From: Lama glama
Lineage: Eukaryota
Length of the DNA stretch: 64,000 bases
Assembly: GCA_028534125.1 (NCBI GenBank)
Contig: CM052828.1
Location: 60,140,001-60,204,000, forward strand
Direction: 5' to 3'
The notes under the pieces are model-generated. The model did not search any database. It saw only the letters and a program-made list of their open reading frames with translations, and had not been told where the DNA came from. A program made the translations under genes and the position numbers. Below, in pieces: positions 1 to 12,012 of the stretch (within the stretch, counting starts at the first letter, position 1; every line of letters begins with the position of its first letter).

Positions 1-284
1 AAGATTCCACTGTATTTTTCTGTAGTGCAGTAATTCTTCCACACTTCTCTCCAGTCATTCAGCAAAAGGTGTGCACACAGCCAATTGTGCTGACAGATTG
101 AGGGGTTCAGAGACTCACTGACGTTCTCATGCACCACCGAGCGCTTTCTCTGCAGGGGCGAAAGGTGCAAAAATCCTGCTGCTTCCCTTGCAGGCATTGC
201 CATCCGTGTTAGCGGAGCCAGAGAGCAGCCAGCTTCCCCCGCTGGTAGAAACTGCAGAAGGGATGACATCCCATTTTAAAATAT

Positions 285-560
285 TCTGGGCAAATTTTTA
301 TTTTGGTATAAGTTCAATCTTAAAGAAAAGCTGCAAGAATAGTCCAGTAAACTTCTACAAACCCTCTAGGTCGTTTTGTGAATTATTTACTGTTTGCACA
401 TTTGTTCACAGTTTTCTCTCTCCCCCTACACACACACACACACATTTTCAAACCATTTAAGTCAAGCCCTTCACCCCAGTGTGTATTTACTAAGAACAAG
501 ACAGCCTTTCACAGACACACGTTTTAATTATCAAAACTGGGGAATTTAGCGCTGATCCCG
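285..560 (-). mobile_element. Old L1 (L1MC4/L1MC5-like) 3' UTR fragment; probably continues at ~930-1290
   Basis: Resembles the L1MC 3' end in antisense (aaagaaaagctgcaagaatagt...cccttcaccccagtgtgtattt..ctaagaacaag), with an internal (CA)n at ~428-444. Confidence 0.55.
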
Positions 561-574
561 GTGTCCTATTAACC

Positions 575-670
575 TGGGGTTTCTCTCAGCGCCGTCCTGG
601 GGCGGCAGTGGCAGCGTCTCCTGGGAGCTTGTGGAAATGCCCCTTCTCAGCCCTACCCCACACCCTCTGC
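575..670 (+). mobile_element. MER5A-like hAT-Charlie fragment
   Basis: gcagcgtctcctgggagcttgtggaaatgccccttctcagccctacccca matches the MER5A core CACCTGGGAACTTGTTAGAAATGCAAATTCTCGGGCCCCACCCCA. Confidence 0.55.
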
Positions 671-2029
671 CAGGCAGCCTGAGGAAGCGCAGACGCTCTG
701 TCAAGCCCCCACCTTAGGAAAACACTCCGGGGAGTCGAGCTAAGGGATTCTGTTAGAACCCACGCGCTGCCGAACGTTGGTGGAACCTCCCCACGCTCAG
801 GATTCCAGAAACCTTCCGCGGGGTGCGGTCGGACACAGCGAGGGCCCTAAAGCTGCTGGTCTGATTCTCAGGCAAACTTCAGATGGTACCGGCTGGCTCG
901 GTAAGTCGCGCTGGGTGTTCCTTTCCTGTCGGTCTGGTCCACGGACATCAGGTCCTCTTCATCGTCCTCTGTCTGGAACAGCTCCCCTGCCCTTCCAGGT
1001 CAGCCTTGGCGCTTTCGAAGAGGACGGGCCCTTCTCGGGCTGACCTGGCGCTTCCGCGTGCGTGGTCGGACTGAAGCCCTGCACGGGGGCAGGGCTGTCA
1101 CCAGGCCTGCTGTGTCCATGGAGGGGGCACTGGGGCCAGTGCTCTGATCTGGGTGACGCCGGCTCCGTCACTGCGAGTGTCTGTCAGGCTTCTCCACTGG
1201 AAAGCGACATTTCACCCTAATTAATTAGTAATTTGTGAGGACATACTCTGAGTCTGCAGAAACTCTGTGTCCGCTAATTTGAGCATCAGTTTTAGCTTTT
1301 CTAACCCCCTCATTCTTCCATGTCTGTTACGTAGATATCACATATTACTGATAAGGTCGGACAGAACACAGCAGAAGAAAATGTAATGCAGCGGAGCACC
1401 GTGTTGTGTAGAGACAGACAAGGGCGTTCTGCCGTGAGGAGCAGCTTTCCTCTTTCCAGCCCCGTCTCTGAGCTCTTCCACTGGGAAGCGCGTCTGCCTT
1501 GCGGTGCCCGTGACTCCCCAGGGTAACAGCACACCCTTCCTCTGCCTTCTTCCTCTTCTCAAGGTGCTGTCCACGGCCGCTGCTCCGGTCTGCCTGCAAA
1601 TACCTAGTGACCAACACGGCCACTTCTGGGCCAAGCCGAACATTTCCGTGAGCCAGTCGCTGGTTGTCTCGCGCCTCTGCCCTCCCCATAAGGATTTGAT
1701 CAGTTTTTTCCCCCACACAATGCATTGAGCAGAATCAAACCCGGGCCCACTGCTTGGAAGTCAGCTATGCTCACCATTGCACCACCCACGACCCCTGACG
1801 CTTGTGGACGCCAGCCTCTGTGAGGTCAGGCACCTCGCCAGACTGTCCTCCCTGCCCGGTGGGGTCTTCCCAAGTAGACAGTTAGCAACTCCAGAGGCTG
1901 ACTTTCTTTTTTCCAACTGAAGTATTGGCAGTTGCAATGTGTCCATTTCTGGTGTCCAGCGCAACGTCCCAGTCATGCATGTACATACCGTATTCGCTTT
2001 CAGAGAGATTGATTTTTAATCATCTTTCA

Positions 2030-2095
2030 CTCTGTCCCACCTGCATTGGCACCTGGTACACAGCAGATGCTCAACAAAGCTTTGCCGGATGAACA
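2030..2095 (+). mobile_element. L2 3' end fragment
   Basis: cacctggtacacagcagatgctcaacaaagctttgccggatgaac resembles the L2 terminal GCCTGGCACATAGTAGGCGCTCAATAAATATTTGTTGAATGAAT. Confidence 0.5.
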
Positions 2096-2715
2096 TTTAA
2101 TGGCCCCCTGGCATGACTGAAAAAAGTTAGGTAACAGGACTGAGCGCAGGAAGTGTCAGCGGAATGACAGCTGTAACTAGAAACTCAACCACGTCAAACA
2201 GATCCTCCTGCCTTTATGGAGCAGCCCGTAGCAGCACCGCCTTCCCAGGCTGTGGCCAGGGCCCCTCAGGCTGGAGCTCTCCCGTCTCGTCAGTCAGTGC
2301 TCAGGTGGCGCGCCATCTCATTCCCCGCACTCGGGCTCTTCCCCGCTCCCAGTGCACCGACCACTGTGCCCCCGGGACGGGGACGGGGACGACAGGGGCT
2401 GGTGTCGCACGCGCTGGGGGTCGGGGCCGGGGCTGGGGCAGGCCGGGCTGGCGGCCTCTCTCTGCGCCTCTCCCCCTGTTGGCCTGGAAGGTCTTTGTTT
2501 TGTCTCTCGGGGCCTTGAGAGGGGTATTATAACCATTACAGTCCATTGCCTTTTATTTACTGTGATCCCAGGTTTTAGGTTATAATAATCCTTGCTCCTG
2601 TTACTCTTCTTTCCAAAATCTGGGATTTGAGCAGGAGAAAGATCACTTATATATTATTGCCAATGCGAGGATCCACAGTATTAACGAGGCACAAGGCAGA
2701 GGGTGGGTGGGTTAC

Positions 2716-3283
2716 GTGAGTCAGGTGAGTCAGGAGAGCTAGTTGACTCAGGTGAGCCAGTTGAGTCGGGTGAGCTAGTTGAGTCGGGGGAGCCAGATGA
2801 GTCAGGGGAGCCAGTTGAGTTGGGTGAACTAGTTGATTTAGGTGAGCTAGTTGAGTCGGGCGAGCTAGTTGAATCGGGTGAGCTAGTTGAGTCGGGGGAG
2901 CCAGTTGAGTTGGGTGAACTAGTTGATTTAGGTGAGCTAGTTGAGTCGGGGGAGCCAGTTGAATTGGGGGAGCCAGTTGGGTCTGGTGAGCTAGTTGATT
3001 TAGGTGAGCTAGTTGGGTCAGGTGAGCTAGTTGATTTAGGTGAGCCAGTTGGGTCGGGGGAGCCAGTTGAGTCGGGAGAGTTAGTTGTCAGGTGAGTTAG
3101 TTGAGTCAGGTGAGCCAGTTGAGTCGGGGGAGCCAGTTGAGTTGGGTGAGCTAGTTGATTTAGGTGAGCTAGTTGGGTCGGGTGAGCTAGTTGAGTCGGG
3201 GGAGCCAGTTGAGTCGGGGGAGCCAGTTGAGTTGGGTGAGCTAGTTGATTTAGGTGAGCTAGTTGGGTCGGGTGAGCTAGTTG
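2716..3283. repeat. 18-bp minisatellite, consensus GGTGAGCTAGTTGAGTCG, ~31 units
   Basis: Direct tandem periodicity; 90-bp higher-order duplications (2811/2901 and ~3115/3205); 2-bp deletion near 3087. Confidence 0.95.
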
Positions 3284-5231
3284 CCCACTAAGGTTGGTTC
3301 ATGGCAAACCATCTCCTCTCTCAGGTTTCCTTATTTTGCTTTGTTTTCCTGAGCTTCAACTATAGTCTGCTCCTGAGTTCAGCCCGATTCTTTGGCCACA
3401 GATTCACCTCTTTGCTGAGTTCAATGCTCATCCCCACTGCCCCCCAGATGTGTTCAGGGGACGATTCTGAGACTGGGGGTCCAGACAACGCCCAGTTCAT
3501 CCCAAGCCTGTTCTCGGGACATGGACGGGAGGTGCCGCAGTGTTCCTGCTGGAGCCCGTTGGCCGTCTCCATCCGTCCCTCCCTCCTGTATCCCCAGTCC
3601 CCAAGCCTGTGCCTCCTGTTTTCCACAGAGGGAAGATCTGTCACCACTGCTGTGTCACCGAGTCTCTGGGACAGGATGCTCTGTGGCACATGGAGCCCCA
3701 CACCCCTCCAGTCCCCCGACTTAGGGGGCGGCTCCTGGTCGACAGGACCGTAGACAGGTGGCGGGTGCACGGTGCGTGCTCTCTGGCAGGGAGGCTTAGG
3801 GCCAAGGGGCACCAACCTGCCCTGAGACACTGTCTGGGCCTCCGCTTCTGTGGTAATAACTGTAGCCCAGGTTGCACGGGGCCGGGTGGGGGTGGCAAGG
3901 TGGGCACACAAAGGGAGCAGAGTGTTGACAACACACATGGATGGGCCTGACTGAGTCCCTGTATTGGGGCATCCCAGGGGACCTGCAGGTCTCAGTCACC
4001 TGAACCAATGACGTTGATGAGTTGATGAACAGCTCACCCACGGGCCAGGTGCCTCTGGGGTCATGACCTGGCGGGGGGTGCTGGGGGGCCCTGTTCATGC
4101 ATGGTGTCACGGTGTCATGGCATGGGGCTCTGGGGGGAGTCTCACCCTTTACCTGAGATGAGTGTCCACTCCAGGAGGACCCGGTCCTCAGCCCTGGCTG
4201 GAGTCACAGATGGCGCTCCCGCCCCGCTCCGTCCTCCAGCCGTGATGTGGACCCCACGGTGGGATCTGTGCAGCGTGTGTCCCCAGCGTGTGCCCAGTCC
4301 TGTGGGGAAGGAGCCGGCGGCCTCAGATGACAGCTGGAGTCATTAAGGGCGACCTGGGCCCCCCGACTCGGTATTAGCACAATGGTCTATGCATCACCAA
4401 CTATAAACAAACTCTCCATTTGTTCACACTTCTCCAAACTGCGCTCCCCCCATTCATGGTAAACCGTCCTTGAGAAGAGTGTTCTCTGCACAGAAGTTTG
4501 TCTTCCTCTTTCTCCAGTCTTCAGTCTACTTCTTACCTGGGGACGGGCACTTTGCTGGATTCTGCGCTTAGGGGTCATGCAGTTCTGTTGCTGAATTTTG
4601 ACATTTAGCAAAAGGTCACTGGAGAGATGAGGCCTCAGCTCAGCCTGTGGTGAAAAGGCCCTGGGGCTCCCTGCGGGGCGGGGCTGGATTTGTGCAGAAG
4701 GGGCTTCTGAGACCCGTCCCCTCCCACGTCTGCCCCGCTTCCCTGGGGCAGAGGCCAGGCCACACCCCCTCCCTGTGGCTTAGCGCCCGTGCGGTGAGCA
4801 CCTTGGAAGGACGTGCATATGAATGTGTTCCATCCATTGAACAATCTGCTTGTGTTGGTCCCTGTAGGAGGGACCCTTAGGTGTGCAAAGCCGGGTCCCC
4901 AGGAAATGGCCTCTGGGGCGGCACCTTTTGTTGGGGAGGGGCCGCGGACTAGGGGCTGTTTGTGCCTCCTCTCTTCCCCGGGACCACGGCGCCAGGCTGC
5001 CGGGCCCCGCCCTGCACCTGCCCGAAGCCCCTGTCCCCTCTTTGCCGAGTGACCAGCCTGCTCGCTGGCTGCCCTGCTGTCCTCCTTTCCTCCTCCTCCT
5101 CGAGTCTCTCCTTTCCCCCGAGGCCAGAGATTTTTAAATGTCACTCCGACATCGGCCCGTCTCTGCTTAAAACTCACCCGTGCCGCCCCACCGTTTCATC
5201 CAGAGCAGAAACCAAAGCCCTTAAGTCATGA

Positions 5232-5445
5232 CTCAGCCGCTCGGGCTGCTGTCCACACAGCGCTCACGTCTCACAGGCTGGAGGCTGGAGTCGGAGATCA
5301 AGGTGCCGGCCGGTTTGTCCCTTCTGAGGCTGCAAGGGAAACTGTCCTGTCGCCTCCCTGAACCTTCCGGTGTGGCTGATAATCTCAGGTTTGTAAAAGC
5401 AGTGCCCATCCCTGTCTCTGCCTTCACACGGGGTTCTCGGTGCCA
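5232..5445 (-). mobile_element. MaLR LTR (MLT1-like) fragment
   Basis: tctcacaggctggaggctggagtcggagatcaaggtgccggc...ccttctgaggctg...tctctgccttcacacgg is typical antisense MLT1. Confidence 0.7.
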
Positions 5446-5479
5446 GTCTGGGTCTCACAGGTCGTGGTTCCGGTGAGGT

Positions 5480-5790
5480 CGTCAAAATCAGCACAGTCAC
5501 CTTGGATCAGATGCCACCCGTCCCACGGCACATGTCCACGTTCTGTCGTTCGTCTCCATTATGGCCTCTGTCGATGCTTTTTCCTCGTTTGGGGTCACCT
5601 CTGCAGACCTGTGACGGTGCTCACACTTTGTCTTTCTCGATATTTGTGAAGAGGGCAGGCGAGTTGTTCTGTAGACTGTCCCTGAGTTTGGGTCTGTCTG
5701 CTGTGATTGGATCCCAGTCATGCACTCTGGCGGGAAAACCACAGCGAGATGCAGTGTCCTTCTCGGTTCACCCATCAGGAGGCCCAGGAG
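5480..5790 (-). mobile_element. Old L1 (L1MC4-like) 3' UTR fragment
   Basis: tttgtgaagagggcaggcgagttgttctgtagactgtccctgagtttgggtctgtctg...gaaaaccacagcgagatgcagtgtccttctc resembles L1MC4. Confidence 0.55.
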
Positions 5791-6544
5791 GAGGAGACAA
5801 GGGAGAAGCCGCAGCGGCGAGTGAGCCCTGCAGACTCACTGGGCGAGGTCCTGCCTCCCCCTGTCTTGGCCTCATCCCTTCTCTTCACTGAATTTAGAAA
5901 AAAGTGCAGCCACGTCTTCTGCGTAGTGGACCGAGCGCTGCCCACTGGACTTCCCGCCCCACCTTGTCCCCGAGCCGGGGACAGTCCCGTAGTTGGCACT
6001 GATGGCAGATATGAAAGCCAGTCTTAAACCAAACCCGGTGAGGATGGCAGGGAGCACCTTCTAAAAGGAGCAAAGGATAGCACGTCTCCAGCTGGCTAAA
6101 AGGGGCATAAGACTTAGAGGAAACAATACATACGTGAAAGGAACTAAATAAAAATGAGTGAAAATAGACTGTCAGATGGGTGAGGACGAAAATAAAGGGC
6201 TGGAGGAACATTACTGCTGATCAGCGTCACAAAGACACTGAACTAGAGCTCACTGAGGCAGCCACGAGCGTGTTAGTCCGAGAGTGCAGAACAGGTGCAG
6301 GCAGAGCTGATCCTGGGAGGGGGACGCAAGTTGCCCCCGCCTGCAGCCGGCGCGACGGCCCGTGAGCCCAGATGCAGAGCCGCAGGGCTGGTGTCGGTCG
6401 CTAGGACTTAGCGACCTGTGCAGGTGCGTCAGTTTGTAAGGTGCCCCTTCCCACAAACATACTTTCTGCCAGTAGTTACTGATGAGGGTGAGAAGGCTGG
6501 GCTGAAGGCCCAGCTCACCACACAGACAGACGTGTACTTGAATA

Positions 6545-6850
6545 TACACCTGGGGGAGGAACGCACCTGGGACAGGAACAGACCTGGGGAGGAACACAGT
6601 TGGGGAGAGGGACACACCTGGGGAGGAACACAGCTGGGGAAGAACACACCTGGGGAGGAACACACCTGGGGAGGAACACAGCTGGGGAGAGGGACACACC
6701 TAGGGAGAGAGACACACCTAGGGGAGAAACGCACCTGGGACAGGAACAGACCTGGGGAGGAACACACCTGGGGAGGGGGACACACCTGGGACAGGAACAT
6801 ACCTGGGACAGGAACACACCTGGGGGAGGAACGCACCTGGGGGAGGAACG
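6545..6850. repeat. 16-18-bp minisatellite, consensus ACACACCTGGGGAGGA, ~18 units
   Basis: Direct tandem periodicity; explains the overlapping low-complexity ORFs at 6250-6976. Confidence 0.95.
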
Positions 6851-7079
6851 TGTGGTGAGGGCACAGACTTTGTATCCAGAGGAACATGGGCTGAAAATCC
6901 AGGTTTTCCATTCACTGTAAATACAGCTTGGTGTGAAACATTCAGCTTTGCCGAGTTTCAGTACTCGAATCCGCAAGCCGAAGACAAGGCTCCATGGAAT
7001 GTCATTGGGATCACGTGTGATAAGTAATGCATTGGATTTATCACATATGCTCCTGGGGCACAGCGGGCACTTGAGAACT

Positions 7080-7117
7080 GGCGGCGGTGGTGGTGGGGGT
7101 GGGGGTGGGGGTGGTGT
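7080..7117 (+). repeat. G-rich simple repeat (GGC/GGT then GGGGGT x3), possible G-quadruplex
   Basis: ggcggcggtggtggtgggggtgggggtgggggtggtg. Confidence 0.7.
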
Positions 7118-8824
7118 TTGTCACGATCATAATACTGTGCAGCTGACCGAGAACTGAAAAGAGGCAGGAAGTTGAAAGAGTTACCTGGGATTATTTTTAC
7201 CTTTCACTTTTCTAAAATGTAAAGCTGAGTTTTTTCTGACTAAAAGAATAAAACGGTGTGTCTTGGGTTCACCTCTGTCAGACGCGCCCTCCCTCCCGGT
7301 GACTCGGGGTGCATCGTCTGTGATTTGGGGCTGAAGTGACAGTTGTCAGTCCGCAGCCCTGTGAGGACAGGGCCCGGCGGCCCAGCCCCGGGCCCGTGGG
7401 CACAGGGAGGCGCTCCGCCAGCGGGAGAGCACGCTGCTCCCACTTGCACTCAGCTACCGAGCCGCGGGCACCTGGGTCTCCAAATCCCCCTTTCCTCGCC
7501 CATCTGCTCACCTCTCTCCAACAGCTTCTCCAGTATCTTTGTAATGTTATTTTAAATTTTATTGTTTTTATTCCTAACCTTTCGTCCTTATATTTCTCCC
7601 TTTGATTTGGTTTTACAAATACCAACCACCCACCAAAGCCAAAGCCGGGCTGACAACGCAGGACCACTTTGGGAGGGAGCGGCGGGAAAACCAGAACTAC
7701 AGGGCGCGACGAGCCTTTGTACCTTGGTTTGCGCCTTTGTGTCTTCTGGGGTGTGTTCCTAGTTCGCTTGCCTTTTGACAAGAGTACACCCCAGGGGGAG
7801 CCTCTTTATCCTTCCATGCTTGCAGACTACCCTCAAGCCTGCCACCTGGTTGTAGCTGAGCCGGACATCCAAGCCTGGCCTGGAAAATACACTGCGTGGC
7901 CGATGATGTTGGCCCCGCTGTCCTCCGGAATCCAGTGGCTATAAAATGACTGGCGTGGGAAGGAGCAGCGGCGAGCAGTGGGGGGTTGTTTATTTTGCTT
8001 TTTTCTGGAAGTTTTAGATGGCTCCCTTTGTCTCTGATACTCCGACATCTCTCGTTCTCTCTCCCACTGGAGGAGGAGTTTCTTTCCAAAATGTTCTGAG
8101 ACGCTTTCTTGCATTTCCTTCAGTCTCTCTTTCTAGACCTGCTTGTCTGGTGCGAGTCACTCCTAGTCTTCCCCTTAGCTTTCTGCTCACGTATTTTTCT
8201 TCTGTGTCCTATTGTTCTACTTTCTAGAAAATTCCAAAACTTCACCTCCTTCACTTTCCATGTTAAACTTTCGCCTTTGTTTTTACTTTAAAAGGCTGTC
8301 TCCTACTATTCAGTACTCCCCTTAGAACATCCATTGTTCCCCCTGTGGGTCCAGCAGGTCAAACCAGAAGGAGGGAACTCGGACGCCCCCTCCTCACCGC
8401 TAGCAGAGCAGGGTGCTGAGCGCATGGGGAGGAGCGACGGTTTCCCGGGACAGCACTGGGCTCCGTGTCCTGAGGGTGATGACCTCAGGGGCTTGACCCT
8501 GGAAAGCATCTTCTGAGAGTCCTCCGCTTTGATTTTCTCTTTTTTGTCTATAAAGCACCTTCATGGAAATCTCTTTTCTCCATGTGTTGGGTGCTCCAGA
8601 GGGGTCACAGGATCCCCTCCCATGAAGCTTGGAGGACATCACCCCCTGCTCTCCTCTGGCTTTTGGACAACCATGTGGGGGCCTGGGGGGGACCTGGGGA
8701 AGGGTGCGGACAACAGGGTGCCCAGCTTCCCTCCTCCCTCCTGTCCGGGAGTGTGGGATTCTTTTCCTCAGCCTGGTTTTCTCTTCCTTATCTCCTCCCA
8801 CCCATCACAGTGGTAGCTCTAGAG

Positions 8825-9024
8825 CAGTGGTCCTTAAGGGGGGTGACTCTGCCCCAGGGGACACTCAGCACTAGCTAGGGGCATTTTTGATGGTCCTACC
8901 AGGTGCTACTGGCATTAGCAGACAGAGGCCAGGGATGCTTCTGAACACCTGCGATGCACAGGACAGCCCCAACCAAGCATCATCTGGTCCCAGATGCCCA
9001 TAGCGCAGACTCCAGGAAGCCCTG
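8825..9024 (+). mobile_element. MER20 (hAT-Charlie) near full length
   Basis: Runs from cagtgg to gaagccctg with the MER20 core gtgctactggcat..agaggccagggatgct..atgcacaggacagcccc; degenerate 8-bp TSD ctctagag / gtctggag. Confidence 0.85.
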
Positions 9025-9040
9025 GTCTGGAGGCCCAGGG

Positions 9041-9336
9041 TGCGTCTGCGTTGGCGCAGGGGCATCTGCGTTGGCGCAGGGGCGTCTGTGTTGGCGCAGG
9101 TGCATCTGTGTTGGCACAGGGGCGTCTGTCTTGGTGCAGGTGTGTCTGTGTTGGCGCAGGGGCGTCTGTGTTGGCGCAAGGGCGTCTGTGTTGGCGCAGG
9201 GGCGTCTGCGTTGGCGCAGGGGCGTCTGTGTTGGCGCAGGTGCATCTGTGTTGGCACAGGGGCGTCTGTCTTGGTGCAGGTGTGTCTGTGTTGGCGCAGG
9301 GGCATCTGTGTTGGCGCAGGGGCATCTGCATTGCAG
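9041..9336. repeat. 20-bp minisatellite, consensus GGCGTCTGTGTTGGCGCAGG, ~15 units
   Basis: Exact 20-bp period; block 9081-9160 is repeated identically at 9221-9300. Confidence 0.95.
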
Positions 9337-10701
9337 AGCTCCGCTCACTGCCTTCTGCTGTGTTAATCTGGAAATTGAGGCTCAAAGAGGGGAGTCGGCT
9401 CGCTATGGCCCAGCAGAACTGATTTCATTCCTTTCCACAGCTACCTGGCGGGCGCGAGTAACACCCGAGTCACTTGTCTCGAGGTGACAGAGGACTTCTT
9501 TTGTGCCTTTTGCTTCCAGCCCAGACGGCACTAACCCGCGTGCAAACAGAAAGGACTCTCCCCATTGTTGTGTCAGAAGCAACAAAGGTTTCTGCCAGCA
9601 GACACCCAGCAGCAGGCGCAGAGGCTGCCTGGATTCTGTATTTTCTGGCGTAAAACCCAACAGCACGCGCTCAGGCGTTGCTCTCTCTGGGTGTGGGTTC
9701 CAGAATGTTCACGTCTCAGCAGCGGTTGTGCACTCAACAGCTGGGGAGCCACTCGCCAATCTCTCACTCCCTGTCTGAGCTTTAAAACGTGCAGTAGTCT
9801 CTCCAAAGGCCAGCACCTGCCACCGGCTGCCTTGTGCGGTGGCCGTGAGCTGCAGGACTCTGACCGCGAAGGGCCGGGAGGGGAAGTTCCCAGGGACGCG
9901 CTCTAGGCCGGGCCCTGAGGAAGCGCGCCTCCCCTCCGGCCGTGGTCCTCCCCCAGACAGCGCTGCCGGGCTCCACCGAGCGAATCCTCCTTGAGATGCC
10001 GTGCGTGGGGAGCGACACCGGGCTTGGGAGCTAAGAGGCTGCAGGACACCGGTGGGCAAGGCCTGCGGTTTGGAGTGAGTGCTGTCCCGCCTCACAGCTG
10101 CCCCCTCTTCCCCTCTCTTTCCGGGGTGATGCTCTTGGCCTCGAGGTCTAACCGGCTTCTGCACAGCTGTCAGGGCGTCTTTCTCAGCATGAAGACTGTG
10201 GTAAGATTTGGCAAGCTGCCTCTTCCTGGTCCGCTGCTGACCCCTGGAGGTGTTTTAGCAGAGGCCGGACAGTCAGCTCCTTCAGGAAGTCTTCCCAGGT
10301 CTAGCGCGGACACTGTGCTGTGTCCTCCGGCCCACTGGGACGGAGAGGCAGGCTGCCGTCGGGAAGCGCCCGGCAGTGCGCCCGGGGCCGCAGCCGCGCT
10401 CAGCACAGCGGCGCGCCTTCACCCCAGTTACGTCACAAAATGCTCCGGAGATCTCTTGCGAACATTCACGCCCTCTGGCTTCCCTTCTGCTGTCACAGAG
10501 GCCTTTCTCTGATTCTCAGCCTCCAGGTTATAAATCCGGGAGGAAAGGGACCCGGTCTTACCTGCGTCCCCGCAGCGCGCTGGGCAACGCTGGGACTCAG
10601 TCCCTGACGGGACGATGCTCTTGCACACACACCTGACGCAGTTTCTGAAGAACTGCTTTGTGCCACACACTGTCTCAGGCCCCTGAATCCAGAGGCAAAT
10701 C

Positions 10702-11095
10702 AGAACATTATCGCACTAAATGAAGTAAGTCAGACAGAGAAAGACGAATTCCACGTGACATCATTTATGCGTGGAATCTAAAAAAATGATACAAGTGAAC
10801 TTGTTTGCAAAACAGAAATAGATTCACAGACGTAGAAGGTAAACTTCTGGTTATGAGGAGGGGGAGGGGTGGGGGAGAGGGATAAATGAGGAGTTTGGGA
10901 TTAACAGACACACTCTACTATATTTAAAACAGATGAACAACAAGGACCTACTGCACAGCACAGGGAACTATCTTCAATATCCTGTAACAAGCCATAATGG
11001 AAAGTAATGTAAAAAAGAATCCCTGTGCTGCGCACCAGAAACTAGCACAACACTGTAAACCGACTGTACCTCAATAAAAAATTAAAATGAAAAAA
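10702..11095 (+). mobile_element. 5'-truncated L1 3' end (cetartiodactyl type)
   Basis: gaagtaagtcagacagagaaagac...tggaatctaaaaaaatgatacaa...aaggacctactgcacagcacagggaacta...caccagaaactagcacaacactgtaaa..caataaaaa. Confidence 0.9.
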
Positions 11096-11134
11096 CGGGG
11101 CCAGGAAACGAAACATCCACACGTAAAAAGGGAA

Positions 11135-12012
11135 GTCAGTTCACACCTCGTGTCACACAGACAAACGCGAAATACACACCTACCTGTAAAACACAAACTG
11201 ATAAAACTTCAGGAAAAAGACATGGGATAAAACTTCATGGCCTCGAATGAGGCAAGGACTTCTTTACCTACATCGTCAAAAGCACGAATGCAAAGGAAAG
11301 AGTCGATGAAAGTTTAAGAATTTCTGTTGTCCAAAATGCCTTTCAGGAAATGAAAAGCCAAGCCACAGCCGTGAAGAACACAAATCTGATCAAGGCCTTG
11401 TCCCCAGAACACAGAAAGGACTGCAGAGACGTGCAGATGGAATCTGGCAGTTTTCCAAAGGGTTAAATGTCCTCCTACCATGCGGTCGAGCCAGCCCGCT
11501 TCTAGTATTTACTCCAAATTAAAAAAATCATATGTCCAAAGACTTGGTCATGAACATTCAGAGCATGCATAACCCCAAAGTGGAAGCAACACGAACGTCC
11601 CTCAGCAGGCGACTGGCTGATCACGTCGTGTCCCCCCGGGCAGGCGAGGGAAGCCCCTTGGGAATAGACGGGAAGTAGCCGCCACACGCACAATGGGGGT
11701 GAATCCCCAGGCTGCGGGGGGAGAGCCAGGCGGAAGGGCGCCTCCTGTGTGATTTCATTCACATCCGGTTCTGACAAGTGTGAGCTCGTCCACAGCGATG
11801 GCAGACGTGGAACCGTGCTGTCTCCGGCCAGGGACAGGGGCGGGCGGGAGGATCGCCAAGGAGCACGGGGAACTTCAGGGTGATGGGTGCGCGTGTTCTC
11901 TGTGTGCACTGCGGTGATGGCTTCACGGCGTGCATTTACGATAGAACTCATCATATTGTCACGTCACACAGGCCCAGTTCATCGAATGTCAGATACGCTT
12001 CAGTAAAAAAAA
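11135..12012 (+). mobile_element. Ancient L1M (L1MC/MD/ME-like) ORF2 end plus 3' UTR, highly diverged
   Basis: ggcaaggacttct..aaagcac.., gaaatgaaaagccaagccaca, ccccaaagtggaagcaac, tgtgtgatttcatt, ggggaacttcagggtgatgg, A-rich end. Confidence 0.7.

Noticed and set aside
2703-3291. (GELVES)n repetitive ORFs resembling a repeat protein
   Set aside because: Frames of an 18-bp minisatellite; non-ATG start, frameshift near 3087, no unique domain or clear splice context
6250-6976. Overlapping 100-160 aa ORFs on both strands
   Set aside because: By-product of the 16-18-bp minisatellite
7838-7944. Possible + strand terminal coding exon (..DYPQACHLVVAEPDIQAWPGK..)
   Set aside because: Acceptor is plausible, but there is no recognisable homology and no partner exons
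8871-9487. Cys/Gly-rich or Pro/Thr-rich repetitive ORFs; CRISPR-like periodicity
   Set aside because: 20-bp minisatellite open in several frames; no unique spacers, no cas genes, and the DNA is eukaryotic
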